Shown: positions 19,735 through 30,289 of the stretch, one piece after another
Numbering within the stretch: the first letter of the stretch is position 1
How the letters are laid out: each line of letters begins with the position of its first letter
NCBI GenBank assembly: GCA_963765675.1
Contig: CAVXXK010000006.1
Location: 128,001-192,000 of the forward strand
Origin: an uncultured delta proteobacterium
GTDB taxonomy: Bacteria > Desulfobacterota > Binatia > Binatales > Binataceae
DNA: 64,000 nucleotides
Direction of reading: 5' to 3'
Notes under the pieces: model-generated
Database searches by the model: none
What the model saw: only the letters and a program-made list of their open reading frames with translations
Told to the model about the DNA's origin: nothing
Position numbers and translations under genes: made by a program

Positions 19735-22047
19735 ATGCCCAGTCTGCGATACACCGTAACGATTTTCATCGGTGCGTTTCTGCTGTTTCAGATCGAGCCG
19801 ATGATCGCCAAGTACATCCTGCCGTGGTTCGGCGGCTCGACGACGGTGTGGACGACCTGCCTCCTGTTTTTTCAAGTAGCGTTGCTGGCGGGATATACGT
19901 ACGCGCATTTCGTCGGCACGCGGATGCGCCCGAGACAGCAACTGATCGTCCATCTTGGGCTCATCGCGATCTGCGTCCTCGCGATGACGACCCTCGCGAT
20001 ATGGTCGAAGTCGCCGATCCTGCCCGGCGCCGGATGGAAAGCGGCACGGGTCCATTTTCCGATCGTGCGCATCCTGATGGTGCTGTCCGCGAGTATCGGG
20101 CTGCCGTACTTCGCGTTATCCGCGACCGCTCCGCTGGTGCAGTCATGGTTCGCGCTGAGTTTTCCCGAGAAGTCTCCGTACCGGCTCTATGCCGTCTCGA
20201 ATTTCGGTTCGTTGCTCGGCCTGCTGACCTACCCATTCGCGGTCGAGCCGAATCTAGGTCTGAGAGCGCAAGCAAATCTGTGGTTCATTTTGTATCTGGT
20301 TTTTGCGGTTAGCATCACCTACTGTGCGCTCCCGCTTCGCAGCGCCGTGCCTGGCAAGTTGCAGGACGAAGACGCGTCGGATGCGGACTCGAGCCGCGGC
20401 GTATGGGCGTTGTGGATCGCGCTGCCCGCGTGCGCGTCGCTTCTGCTCTACGGGGCGACCGGCCAGATGACGCAGGACGTCGCCCCGATTCCTTTCATGT
20501 GGATCTTGCCGCTCGGGCTCTACCTGTTCTCGTTCATCATCTGCTTCGACAGCAACAGGTGGTACCGGCGCGAGATTTTTCAGCCGCTTTTCGGAGCCGC
20601 AATTTTCTCGAACCTGGTGCTCGTAATTTTTCTCGATCGAATTTCAGCGTTCATTGCGGGCGCTTCGCTTTCCGTCACGACCGTCAGGATGCTGCTGGAG
20701 ATCGTAAACGTGCTGGTGCTGATGTTCGCCGGATGCATGGTGTGCCACGGCGAGCTCGTCCGCCTGAAACCGCATAAACGCGATCTGACGGCCTTCTACC
20801 TGATGCTGTCGGCGGGCGGTGCGTTGGGCGGAATCTTTTCCGTTGTGTTTGCTCCGCTGTTGTTCCGCGAGTTCGTTGATTTTCGTTTCGCGGCCTGGAC
20901 CTGCCTGGTGTTGATTACAATCTCGCTGACGCGAGATCGCGAATCGTGGCTCTATCGGCGGACGCCGTGGGCCGGTCCTGCCATCCTGTTCGCGGCAGCG
21001 ATACTACCCTCGATGGCTGGGACCGTTGCGCAGCCGGGGACATACGCGGTTATCGCGATCGCGGTGGTCGCGGTCTTCGTGCTCTTCACGAGGCGGAAGA
21101 ATCCGCCGCGATGGATGGCGCGGCCCGGAATCATCGCGCAGGGCTCGATGCTGGCGGCCGCCGTGATGCTGGCAATCGTCTATGTGCAAACCATCGCGAT
21201 CGCGACGCGTCACGCGCTCTGGATATCGCGCAACTTCTACGGTGTGCTCCGCGTGATCGAGGAAGACGCGCCGGACAATACCTGGGTTTCGCACAAGCTG
21301 ATGAACGGGCAGATCGAGCATGGCAAGCAGTTCTTTTCCTCGCGCTATCCGCAGCTTCATTACTATCCGACCGGCTATTACGGCACCGACAGCGGAATAG
21401 GGCTGGTAATGATGAACGATCCGCAGCGCGCGCTGCCCGGAAATTCCGCGATGCGCGTGGGGGTGGTGGGTCTTGGCGTCGGAGCGATGGCGGCGTGGGG
21501 AAGGCCGGGCGACTCGTTTCGTTTCTATGAAATAAACCCGGCGGACATCGATGTCGCCACCAGCTCCGAGGGGTATTTCACTTTTCTTCACGATTCGAGC
21601 GCGAAGGTGACAATAGTCCCGGGCGACGCGCGCCTGTCGATGGAACGTGAACTGGCCGCGGGCCACTCGCAGCAGTTCGACGTGCTGGTGATCGACGCCT
21701 TTAACGGCGACACGATCCCGACTCATCTTCTGACCCTCGAAGCGATGCGGATTTATTTGCGCGAGCTAAAGCCGGAGGGAGTCCTGGCCGTCCATATTTC
21801 CAATCTCAATTTCGATCTGCGGCCGGTGCTGGCCGAGCACAGCCGGACGCTCAACCTGCGTTACGGCTTCGTGCATGTTGATGAGAAAGACATGGTGAAC
21901 TGGTCGAGCGATTGGGTATTGCTCGCACGCGATGACAAGGTGCTCGGCAAAAGCGAAATCGCCCCTCACCTCGAATCGCGCGAGCATCTCCGCCGCATCC
22001 GTCCGTGGACCGACGACTACAGCAATCTGTTTCAACTTCTGAAGTGA
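19735..22047 (+). CDS. Fused MFS-like membrane domain/spermidine synthase-like SAM-dependent protein
   Basis: FLLFQIEP..PWFGG..VW, many TMs, VGVVGLGVG, YEINP, GDARL, VIDAF, HLLT.EA, WTDDYSNL. Confidence 0.9.
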   Translation: MPSLRYTVTIFIGAFLLFQIEPMIAKYILPWFGGSTTVWTTCLLFFQVALLAGYTYAHFVGTRMRPRQQLIVHLGLIAICVLAMTTLAIWSKSPILPGAGWKAARVHFPIVRILMVLSASIGLPYFALSATAPLVQSWFALSFPEKSPYRLYAVSNFGSLLGLLTYPFAVEPNLGLRAQANLWFILYLVFAVSITYCALPLRSAVPGKLQDEDASDADSSRGVWALWIALPACASLLLYGATGQMTQDVAPIPFMWILPLGLYLFSFIICFDSNRWYRREIFQPLFGAAIFSNLVLVIFLDRISAFIAGASLSVTTVRMLLEIVNVLVLMFAGCMVCHGELVRLKPHKRDLTAFYLMLSAGGALGGIFSVVFAPLLFREFVDFRFAAWTCLVLITISLTRDRESWLYRRTPWAGPAILFAAAILPSMAGTVAQPGTYAVIAIAVVAVFVLFTRRKNPPRWMARPGIIAQGSMLAAAVMLAIVYVQTIAIATRHALWISRNFYGVLRVIEEDAPDNTWVSHKLMNGQIEHGKQFFSSRYPQLHYYPTGYYGTDSGIGLVMMNDPQRALPGNSAMRVGVVGLGVGAMAAWGRPGDSFRFYEINPADIDVATSSEGYFTFLHDSSAKVTIVPGDARLSMERELAAGHSQQFDVLVIDAFNGDTIPTHLLTLEAMRIYLRELKPEGVLAVHISNLNFDLRPVLAEHSRTLNLRYGFVHVDEKDMVNWSSDWVLLARDDKVLGKSEIAPHLESREHLRRIRPWTDDYSNLFQLLK

Positions 22048-22155
22048 AGAACCCGACCGCTGCGATGGATTATCTGCTATGGCCGCTGGCGTGGCAGATC
22101 GGTTATGGTCACGCGTCGAGTTGTTCGAGATCTCTGTGATGACGGTCGCGTGCCG

Positions 22156-22716
22156 ATGACAACCTATCCGAAATTGCGCTTCAAACTCGCGTTCGCCTTC
22201 GCGGCGCTGATATTCACGACCGCTTCCGTGTTCGCCGCACCATCAATAGTTCCCAAACCACTGCCCGCGCCCGTACAGTCACAGGCGCCCGGAATCCGTC
22301 CGCTAGGGCGCGGTCGTCATACGATTTGGGGAATCCGCGTTTACGACGCGACCTTGTGGGTCGTCGGCGACAGGTTCATTCCTGCCGAGCCGCACGCGCT
22401 TGACGTCGAGGCCAACAAGAGCGTCAGCGCCGACACTCTCGTCAAGACTTCTACGGACGAAATGCGCAGGCTCAAGCTGGGCGACGCGGCACAACTAGAG
22501 GCCTGGCGCCAGGAACTCAAGCGCCTGATGCCGAGCGTGCGGTCCGGCGACCAGGTCGTGGTTTTCTGTCCGAAAGAATCGAAGACGCTGGTGTACTACA
22601 ATGGACGCCGCCAGGGTGAGGTCGATGACGCAACCCTATGCGCCGCGATTATGGATGTGTGGCTTCATCCATCGAGCCAGAGCCCGGAAATGCGAAAGTC
22701 ACTGCTCGCGCACTGA
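22156..22716 (+). CDS. Chalcone isomerase-like secreted protein
   Basis: Signal peptide; G.G..WGIRVYDATLW, P.V..GD, YNG...G.V.D....AIMDVWL..S..P..RK.LL. Confidence 0.8.
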   Translation: MTTYPKLRFKLAFAFAALIFTTASVFAAPSIVPKPLPAPVQSQAPGIRPLGRGRHTIWGIRVYDATLWVVGDRFIPAEPHALDVEANKSVSADTLVKTSTDEMRRLKLGDAAQLEAWRQELKRLMPSVRSGDQVVVFCPKESKTLVYYNGRRQGEVDDATLCAAIMDVWLHPSSQSPEMRKSLLAH

Positions 22717-22772
22717 TTGCCGCTCGCAGCCGAAGCGTTCGTTACTTCGCTCGTTCCCATCAAGACATCAAC

Positions 22773-22808
22773 AAAAAAAGTGCGCTCCCGTTTCCGGAAG
22801 CGCACTTT
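22773..22808 (-). terminator. Rho-independent terminator for the DUF1329 pair, possibly bidirectional
   Basis: Minus strand AAAGTGCGCTTCCG-GAAA-CGGGAGCGCACTTTTTTT between convergent genes. Confidence 0.85.
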
Positions 22809-22829
22809 GCTTCTCAGTTCCTTATTGTC

Positions 22830-24206
22830 TCAGTGGCCGGCGTTTTTGAGCGCCTCTGGGGTGAAGAAGGAGTTGTTGACGACGCCCATGTCGATATACC
22901 AGCACTCGCGGTCGGGCGCGGTGGGACCGGGCATGAACACGATCGAGCTGTTGGAGTTGGTCAGGTCGTAGTCGACCAGCGCAAGCTGGAACATCCGCTT
23001 GTATGGATAGATCGCGATCCGGGCGTCGGGCACCGGACGGTCGCGATAGGTGTTGAACGCAGCCAGCGTCTTCCACAGCTTGCCCTCGCGGTCGTACTGG
23101 TCCGACGCGGTGATAAACCAACCCTCGGAATCGACATAGAGGATACGCTTGGAGATGGAGAAGTTGTTGCCCGGCTTGGCATCCGCTTCGACGACATACA
23201 GATGGCGCATCTCCCAGTTCTCGGGGCATACGGTGTGGTTGCCGTCGGAGGGGCATCCGGTCTCGGGCGAGGTCTTGGCGTTGACTACCGCGAGCATGTT
23301 CTTGTCGCCCAGGAATTTGTAGGTGTAGTCCTCGACCTTGGCGGCAAAGCCGAAGTAGGAATCGGGATCGATCGAAGAGGCCAGCGACCCGCCTCCAGCC
23401 GCACTCATCCCTCCGCCGCCGCCGCGGCCACCGCTTCCGCCACCGCCGCCGCCGCTGGCCGAGAATCCGGGCAGCATCCCGATCGCGTCGGTCAGCACGT
23501 CGACTGATTCGCGCCGCAGCCGTCGATTCTCCGGATTGAAAACCCAGGTGTTGTCTTCGACCTTGGGGTCGATATGTCGGTACCGGACCATCCCGAAGCC
23601 GCGTAGCAACGACGGTTCGAGGAACGGGTAGAAGCCGAAGCGGTAGCGCACGCCGCTTTCGGCGGCGTCAGGATCAGTCGGGACCGGAGGAACCTCGATC
23701 CGGCCGATATTGTTGTAGAAGGCAAAATGTCCGACGGTGAAGAAGCTCAGCGGATCGCCGCCGGTCTCGGAATAGCTGGCGATCTCGGGAAAGCGCAGGT
23801 CGGCGTCGTCGCTGTAGAGCGGCCGGAAGCTGAAATTCCACATCAGCTTGGTCGCCATCTCGGGGTCGTTGGCGTCGAGCAGCGGAAACGGCAATCCGGC
23901 GACGTAGTTGTGCAGGGTGCCGTCGGGCGCGAGCGTCACCTGCGCGTGATATTTCTCGGTCGCCGAGGTGTACGGCGGAGGCCATTCGAGCTTCTCGGAC
24001 GGCACAATATCCATCACCATCCCGCGCTGCACCAACGTGTAATTGCCCGGACTCACGAGATTCTGCACCTGGGCGGCGTTGGCCTTGGTGATCACATCAC
24101 CCGGCTTCACCTGCGCATACGCCGGAAGCGCGACTGCTGCCGCCAGCGCGACTATCGCGGCTATTCCCAATCGTCTGGTTGTCCGCTCCGCTCGATTAGA
24201 CCGCAT
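22830..24206 (-). CDS. DUF1329 family secreted protein, paralog 2 (poly-Gly insertion)
   Basis: AYA-QVKPGD, NYVAGLPFP, RRLRR, TYRDRPVPDARIAIYP, ECWYIDMG; AAGGAG RBS. Confidence 0.8.
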   Translation of the reverse strand: MRSNRAERTTRRLGIAAIVALAAAVALPAYAQVKPGDVITKANAAQVQNLVSPGNYTLVQRGMVMDIVPSEKLEWPPPYTSATEKYHAQVTLAPDGTLHNYVAGLPFPLLDANDPEMATKLMWNFSFRPLYSDDADLRFPEIASYSETGGDPLSFFTVGHFAFYNNIGRIEVPPVPTDPDAAESGVRYRFGFYPFLEPSLLRGFGMVRYRHIDPKVEDNTWVFNPENRRLRRESVDVLTDAIGMLPGFSASGGGGGGSGGRGGGGGMSAAGGGSLASSIDPDSYFGFAAKVEDYTYKFLGDKNMLAVVNAKTSPETGCPSDGNHTVCPENWEMRHLYVVEADAKPGNNFSISKRILYVDSEGWFITASDQYDREGKLWKTLAAFNTYRDRPVPDARIAIYPYKRMFQLALVDYDLTNSNSSIVFMPGPTAPDRECWYIDMGVVNNSFFTPEALKNAGH

Positions 24207-24356
24207 GAGTGTCTCCTTCGTTGGGCCGGGAGCCGCGACGGTCCCGGAAATGACGCCCTATCTTACATAAGTTAGGTTGCCGGAAGAATGGTGGGCTGCC
24301 GGGACGGCGGCCCTAACTGAAGAGAGATTCATACCGCGCACTTGTGGGCATCGGCT

Positions 24357-25691
24357 CTAATGGCCGGCATTCTCGAGCGCTTCGGGCGAAAGAAAAGAGT
24401 TATTAACGACGCCCATGTCGATATACCAGCACTCGCGCTCGGGCGCGGTCGGTCCGGGCATGTAGATGACAGAGCTGGCGTTCTGCTCGATATCTTCGTC
24501 GGCAAGTCCGAGCTGGAACATCCGCTTATACGGATAGATTGCGACTCTGGCGTCGGGGACCGGGCGGTCGCGGTAGGTGTTGAAGGTCACCAGCGTCTTC
24601 CACAGTTTGCCCTCGCGATCGTACTGGTCCGACGCGGTGATAAACCATCCCTCGGAATCGATGTAGAAAATGCGTTTGGGGATGGCGGCATTCGAGCCGT
24701 TCTTCGCGGTCGCCTCGATTACGTAGAGATGACGCATCTCCCAGTCCTCGGGACATATCGTGTGGCCGCCGTCGGTTGAGCAGGAGGGTTCGGGCGAGCT
24801 TTTCGCATGCACGCATGCGAGCATGTCCTTCTCGCCCAGCAGGCGGTAGTTGAAATCCTCGATCTTGGCGGAGAATCCGAAATAGGAATCAGGATCGATC
24901 GTCGAGACATAAGGCTGCGCCGCGCCGGTGCCGAAGCCTGGAATCGCGCCGATCGCGTCGGACATCAGCGAAGCCTGCTCGCGGCGCAGGCGGCGCGAAC
25001 GCGAGCTATAGACCCAGATGTTGTCCTCGATATTCGGATCGAGATGCCGGAAGCGCAGGAACCCAAGTCCGCGCAATGTGGCCGGCTCCAGGAATGGATA
25101 GAACGCGAAGCGATAGCGGATTCCGCTGGCCTGCGCGTCGGGATCGGTCGGGACCGGAGGAACCTCGATCCGGCCGACATTGTTGTAGAAGGCAAAGTGC
25201 CCGACGGTGAAGTATCCGGTCGGCGAACCCGGAGCCGACGTTGGCGTGTAGCTCGCGATCTCCGGGTAGCGCAGGTCGGCGTCATCGGTGTAGAGCGGGC
25301 GGAAGCTGAAGTTCCACATCACTTTTTGCGCGACCTGCGGATCGTTCGGATCCAGCAGCGGGAAGGGCAATCCCGCCGTGTAATGCTGCAGCGTGCCGTC
25401 GGACGCGAGTGCCACCTGCGCGTGATATTTCTCAGTCGCCGATTTGTATGGCGGTGGCCAATCGGTGCTGGAGGTCGGCACGATATTGAGCTGCATCCCG
25501 CGCTGCACCAGGACGTAGTTGCCGGGACTCAGCAGACTCTGCACCTGCTGGGCATTCGCAGGAGTGATCACGTCGCCGGGCTTGACCTGTGCAGCGGCCG
25601 GGCTGGGCGACGCCGTCAGTAGCGCCGCCACAAAGGCTATCGCGCATAGTCCGGCCCTCCTGTGTTGCCTGCTCTCTGGGTTCACGCGCAT
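24357..25691 (-). CDS. DUF1329 family secreted protein, paralog 3 (tandem duplicate of paralog 2)
   Basis: Long identical blocks with 22830..24206, e.g. GHFAFYNN.GRIEVPPVPTDPDA and DSEGWFITASDQYDREGKLWKTL. Confidence 0.8.
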   Translation of the reverse strand: MRVNPESRQHRRAGLCAIAFVAALLTASPSPAAAQVKPGDVITPANAQQVQSLLSPGNYVLVQRGMQLNIVPTSSTDWPPPYKSATEKYHAQVALASDGTLQHYTAGLPFPLLDPNDPQVAQKVMWNFSFRPLYTDDADLRYPEIASYTPTSAPGSPTGYFTVGHFAFYNNVGRIEVPPVPTDPDAQASGIRYRFAFYPFLEPATLRGLGFLRFRHLDPNIEDNIWVYSSRSRRLRREQASLMSDAIGAIPGFGTGAAQPYVSTIDPDSYFGFSAKIEDFNYRLLGEKDMLACVHAKSSPEPSCSTDGGHTICPEDWEMRHLYVIEATAKNGSNAAIPKRIFYIDSEGWFITASDQYDREGKLWKTLVTFNTYRDRPVPDARVAIYPYKRMFQLGLADEDIEQNASSVIYMPGPTAPERECWYIDMGVVNNSFLSPEALENAGH

Positions 25692-25912
25692 GAGCGTATG
25701 CTCCTTTGATTGACCAGCAGCGGCCCCAACCTACAGAGTCGCTGGATTAGGAAAGCGGGGCAACAAATATCCGCCGATCGGTCAACCAACAACCCCAATC
25801 GGCCCGAAACTGGCGGCGGTCGGCGACGTATCGGCGGTTGATCGTGCGCGCGGGAAGGTCCTAAGATCCCCGATAATTCGACCACCCAGCCGACCATAAG
25901 GACAAGACCGGG

Positions 25913-26371
25913 ATGAAATCATACCTATCGCGCCTCGCGCTCAGCGCCATGACGATCGTTGCCGCATTTTGCCTGGTCGCCGTCTCCGCGCCAGCGTCGC
26001 GCGCGCAAATGAGAGCGATGGGGATGCCGATTCCGACGACGATCGTGATCACCAAGCCCGCGCCGGGCGAGATTTTCGGCAATCAGCGAGTCGTCACACT
26101 GGGTGTCGGCACCAAGAAGTACAAGTTCGTGCTCAACGACGGCTACGTCAACACCATGAGCGATCGGGTGCGGTTTCCCGATATCTGGCAGTATGTGCAA
26201 ACGCATGATCCCAACTTCGTGGTTCAGGGCGTCGGCGCGGACACGTTCGAGAAGATCGAGCCGGGCCAGCAGATGACGATCACCGGGATGTTCGCGCCGC
26301 TGGATCGGACCTTCGAGGTCGAGAATGCGCAGCTAGGCAAAGGCGCGCTGAACCCGCAGAAGCATTATTGA
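25913..26371 (+). CDS. Hypothetical secreted protein
   Basis: Signal peptide ending SRA-Q; typical codon usage; possible small beta-barrel. Confidence 0.65.
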   Translation: MKSYLSRLALSAMTIVAAFCLVAVSAPASRAQMRAMGMPIPTTIVITKPAPGEIFGNQRVVTLGVGTKKYKFVLNDGYVNTMSDRVRFPDIWQYVQTHDPNFVVQGVGADTFEKIEPGQQMTITGMFAPLDRTFEVENAQLGKGALNPQKHY

Positions 26372-26428
26372 GAAAGCGCCTACTGGCGAGTCTTGCGCAG
26401 CTCATTCCACGGGACTGCCTCCGCGGCT

Positions 26429-26605
26429 GGCGAGATTCCTCGCGATTTCCGCAGCGCGAAACCAGACGCACGACATGAAACAGGCAGTCGATCGTGCTCG
26501 GAATGACAATTCTCGCGTACCTCGTGTCATTCCGAGCGCGCGCAACCGCCGCTTATTGTTTCGTGCGAGTTAGGTCGCGTGGCACAGATCGCGAGGAATC
26601 TCGCC
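26429..26605. repeat. Inverted pair of ~80-bp GTCAT-type REP-like units
   Basis: GGCGAGATTCCTCGCGAT..GCTCGGAATGACA (26429-26508) and TGTCATTCCGAGC..ATCGCGAGGAATCTCGCC (26525-26605). Confidence 0.8.
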
Positions 26606-26730
26606 CTCGGCGTTTGCATACTTTCGCGATGGCGACGCGGAGCTTCGCGCCGGGCGTAAGTTGTACCCTTCGCCAACGTGATGTAGCTTGATTTGCTCGG
26701 AGGCGTTTGTTCAAAAATGACGGCTGATCG

Positions 26731-28438
26731 ATGAAAAAACTGACCGGCGCGCAAATCGTTATCGAAACCCTGATCGCTGAAGGCGCGGACGTGATCTTCG
26801 GCTACCCCGGCGGCGCGATTCTTCCGACCTATGACGCGCTCCTCGACTCCAAAATCAAGCACGTCCTCGTCCGCCATGAGCAGGGCGCGACCCACATGGC
26901 GGAAGGCTTCGCCCGCGTGAGCGGCAAGCCGGGCGTCGTCCTGGTTACCTCGGGTCCGGGCGCGACCAACACCATCACCGGGATCGCCGACGCATACATG
27001 GATTCGACCCCGATGGTCGTGATCACGGGACAGGTCTCGACTTCGCTTATCGGCAACGACGCGTTCCAGGAAGCCGATATCGTCGGCATCACGCGCCCCT
27101 GCACCAAGCACAATTACCTGATTAAAGACGTCAAAGACGTAGCGCGGATTATCAAGGAAGCATTTTATATCGCGGGCAGTGGACGCCCCGGCCCGGTGGT
27201 GGTCGATCTTCCCGAAGGATGTGCAGACCGCGGAGCACGTCTTCAAGCTTCCCGACAAGATCGAGCTGCGCGGTTACAAGCCGACGATTCGTGGTAATCC
27301 GCGCCAGATCGAGCGCGCGGTCGAGGCGATCGAGAACAGCTCGCGTCCTCTCTTCTATGTCGGCGGCGGCGTGCAATGGTCCGGCGCGGCGGCGGAGCTG
27401 CGCGAGCTCTCGCGCGGGCTCGGAATCCCGGTCACCGAAACGCTGATGGCGCTCGGCTCGATGCCGGCGTCGGATTCGCTGCGCCTCGGGATGCTCGGGA
27501 TGCATGGCTCGTACGGCACCAACACAGCGGTGACCAACACCGACTGCCTGATCGCGGTGGGCGCGCGCTTCGACGATCGCGTGACGGGCCGTATCGCGGA
27601 TTTCGCGCCGAAGGCCGAGTCGATCATTCATATCGATATCGACCCGTCGTCGATCTCGAAGAACGTCAAGGTCGATATTCCGATCGTCGGAGATATCAAG
27701 TCGGTGCTGGTCGATATTCTCGCCGCCGTGAAGGGACGCGAGAGTATCGCGAAGAAGCGCACCGAGTGGCAGAAATGGCATCAGCAGATTCTCCAATGGA
27801 AAAAAGACAAGCCGCTCTATGAAGGCGGCAAGGACGGCCGCAAGGACGGCCTCATCTCGCCGTTCCAGGTCATCAACGAGCTGTACGGAATCACCAAGGG
27901 CGACGTGATCGTCGCGACCGACGTCGGGCAGCATCAGATGTGGATGGCGCAGATGTTCCCGTTCGAGAATCCGCGCTCGTGGCTGACCTCCGGCGGTCTC
28001 GGCACGATGGGTTATGGGCTGCCTGCGGGAATCGGCGCAAAATTCGCCGCGCCCGAGAAGAAAGTCGTCGTGATTTCCGGCGACGGCTCGATCCAGATGA
28101 ATATCCAGGAGCTCGGCACCGCGGTGCAGTACGGCGTCGATATCAAGGTGATCATCCTGAACAACTATTTTCTCGGGATGGTGCGCCAATGGCAGGAGAA
28201 GTTCTACCAGGAGCGATATTCGTACTCCGCGATGTCGGTGCCGAACTTCGTCAAGCTGGCCGACGCCTACGGCGCGCACGGCTTCCGCGTCGAGCACGCG
28301 AAGGACCTCGCCAAGACGATGAAGGACGCCTTCGCGACGCCGGGCCCGGTGTTGATAGACGTAGTAATCCCGAAGGACGAAGTCGTGATGCCGATGATCC
28401 CGCCGGGCGGCGCGATGTCGGAGATGCTGTTCGCGTAA
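26731..28438 (+). CDS. ilvB: Acetolactate synthase large subunit, one apparent +1 frameshift near 27212
   Basis: [68 protein letters not shown]; removing one C in CTTCCCGAAG restores VDLPKDV. Confidence 0.93.
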
Positions 28439-28456
28439 GTATCAGGAGGATTCATC

Positions 28457-29002
28457 ATGGCCGCGCGTGTCCCATATCTGAATCGGGAGGATCTGCCCGA
28501 AGCCGACCGTGAGATTTACGACAACCTGATCCGCGAGCGCGGGCAGCCTGTCGGCAATATCTTTCGCACTCTCGCGAACACGCCGAAGCTCCTGCGCCGC
28601 TTCCTCGCGCTGGGCGGAGAGCTGCGCAACGGCACCGCGATCGATCCGAAGCTCCGCGAGCTTGCGATTCTGACCGTAGGACGCCTCGCCGACGCGCAGT
28701 ACGAATTCACGCATCACTGGAACTTGGGGCTGCGCGCGGGTCTCTCGCACGACCAACTAAACGCGCTCGCCGCGTGGGAGAAATCGCCGGCATTTTCTGA
28801 TCAGGAACGTGCCGTGATCCGCTACGCCGTCGAAGCGACCGAAAAGGTCCGGGTGACGGACGCGACGTGGGCTGCCTGCACGAAATTCCTCGACACGCGC
28901 AAGATGATGGAGCTGGTCCAGAACGTCGCCTTCTACAACATGGTAGTCCGCGTGCTCGAGCCCTGCCGCGTCGAGCTCGAGCCGGGCGCGAAAAAGAATT
29001 AG
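28457..29002 (+). CDS. Carboxymuconolactone decarboxylase/AhpD-like family protein
   Basis: NIFRTLAN.P, LRELAIL, YEFTHH, ERAVIRYA; AGGAGG RBS. Confidence 0.85.
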   Translation: MAARVPYLNREDLPEADREIYDNLIRERGQPVGNIFRTLANTPKLLRRFLALGGELRNGTAIDPKLRELAILTVGRLADAQYEFTHHWNLGLRAGLSHDQLNALAAWEKSPAFSDQERAVIRYAVEATEKVRVTDATWAACTKFLDTRKMMELVQNVAFYNMVVRVLEPCRVELEPGAKKN

Positions 29003-29019
29003 GCGGACCGGCGGCGACG

Positions 29020-29385
29020 ATGCCGCGCAAACAGGATAGCGAATGGTTCGAGGAGGGGATCGCGCTGTTCAACGCGGGGCGGTTCTTTGAATGCCATGAG
29101 GCGTGGGAAGAAATCTGGAAGCACGCGCACGGCGAGGATAAGCGCTTCTACCAGGGACTGATCCAGGCCGCCGTCGCGATCCTGCACGCGCAACGCCGAA
29201 ATCGCGAGGGCGCGTCGAAGTTGTATGCTAAAGCCTCCGAGAAGCTCGATAGCTTTCCCGATTCGCACATGGGTTTGGCGATAGCCGAGTTCAGACGCGC
29301 GATCGAGGATTTCTTCGCGATTGCGCTGAGCACCTCCGATGCGCCCGTTCCCGCGCCGCCGCGCCTTCGGCGCATCCATTGGTAG
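29020..29385 (+). CDS. DUF309 family protein
   Basis: GIALFNAGRFFECHEAWEEIW..FYQGLIQAAVA. Confidence 0.85.
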   Translation: MPRKQDSEWFEEGIALFNAGRFFECHEAWEEIWKHAHGEDKRFYQGLIQAAVAILHAQRRNREGASKLYAKASEKLDSFPDSHMGLAIAEFRRAIEDFFAIALSTSDAPVPAPPRLRRIHW

Positions 29386-29410
29386 GGCGTCCCGCTGGGC
29401 CGCCGTCGAT

Positions 29411-29614
29411 CACGGGCGAGACGCCCGCGCCACTATATCTTTTCGCCTGGTAGCTAGTTGGTCGCAGGTCCGGCTAGTAAGCAGATAACTGGCTCAGACC
29501 GTATCCGAGGAACCATTTCCGCGAGCGCTGCCGCGTGGAGAGTACCGTGCTCCGCTCAAGCGCCATATCTCAGTAAAAACCAAAATCTATAGTGGCGCGG
29601 GCGTCTCGCCCGTG
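29411..29614. repeat. REPIN/MITE-like element with 27-bp perfect terminal inverted repeats
   Basis: CACGGGCGAGACGCCCGCGCCACTATA (29411-29437) is the exact reverse complement of 29588-29614; 150-bp spacer. Confidence 0.85.
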
Positions 29615-29671
29615 GGCGACGGGTGCGCCGCAGGCGCGCCCTCCCAATGATTTCTCACCGCGAGCAGCGCT

Positions 29672-30109
29672 CTAGAAAGGGATGTCCTCGTCTTCCATCG
29701 GGGCTATGTCGTCGACCCCGCGCGAGGCTCCTGCGCTTGCCGCTGGGCCGCGCGCCTCTCCGGCGTCGTCGCCGCCTGGACGTCCGCCGAGGAACTGCAC
29801 CGTCTGTGCGACGATCTCCGTCACGTAGCGCTTGCCGCTGCCGTCCTTGGCTTCATAGTTGCGCGTCTGCAGGCGCCCTTCGAGATACACCTCGCGCCCC
29901 TTCTTCAGGTACTGGCCGCATAGCTCCGCCGTCTTTCCCCATACGACGATATTGTGCCATTCGGTGCGTTCCTGCTTGGAGCCGCCGCGGTCGGTAAAGC
30001 GTTCGGAGGTTGCGATCGAGAAGTTGCCGACCGCCTGCTGCGAGGCGGTGTAGCGAATCTCGGGATCCTTCCCGAGCCTGCCAATCAATATCACCTTGTT
30101 CACCGACAT
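29672..30109 (-). CDS. ssb: Single-stranded DNA-binding protein
   Basis: [34 protein letters not shown]; GGAGG RBS. Confidence 0.97.
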   Translation of the reverse strand: MSVNKVILIGRLGKDPEIRYTASQQAVGNFSIATSERFTDRGGSKQERTEWHNIVVWGKTAELCGQYLKKGREVYLEGRLQTRNYEAKDGSGKRYVTEIVAQTVQFLGGRPGGDDAGEARGPAASAGASRGVDDIAPMEDEDIPF

Positions 30110-30289
30110 CGAATTCCACCTCCGCAAGCGAAACCTAACGCCCGCATGGCGCTGACGCAAGCGAGCGCCGGATTGGCTGTGAACAGCCATCGCTCCTGCG
30201 CTGAGAAATCGCGCCGGAAACGACCTTTCGGCCCTATTTTCAACCCTATATACTGGACTCTGGTGCAGTGGGATGGGCGGAATAGGGTG

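Noticed and set aside
23395-23460. GCC/CCG-rich tract as a phase-variable repeat
   Set aside because: An imperfect in-frame trinucleotide run encoding a Gly/Ser linker; it would not switch frame
26400-26730. Possible attenuator or riboswitch upstream of ilvB
   Set aside because: The hairpin is explained by two inverted copies of a dispersed repeat, and there is no convincing Ile/Leu/Val-rich leader peptide with a terminator
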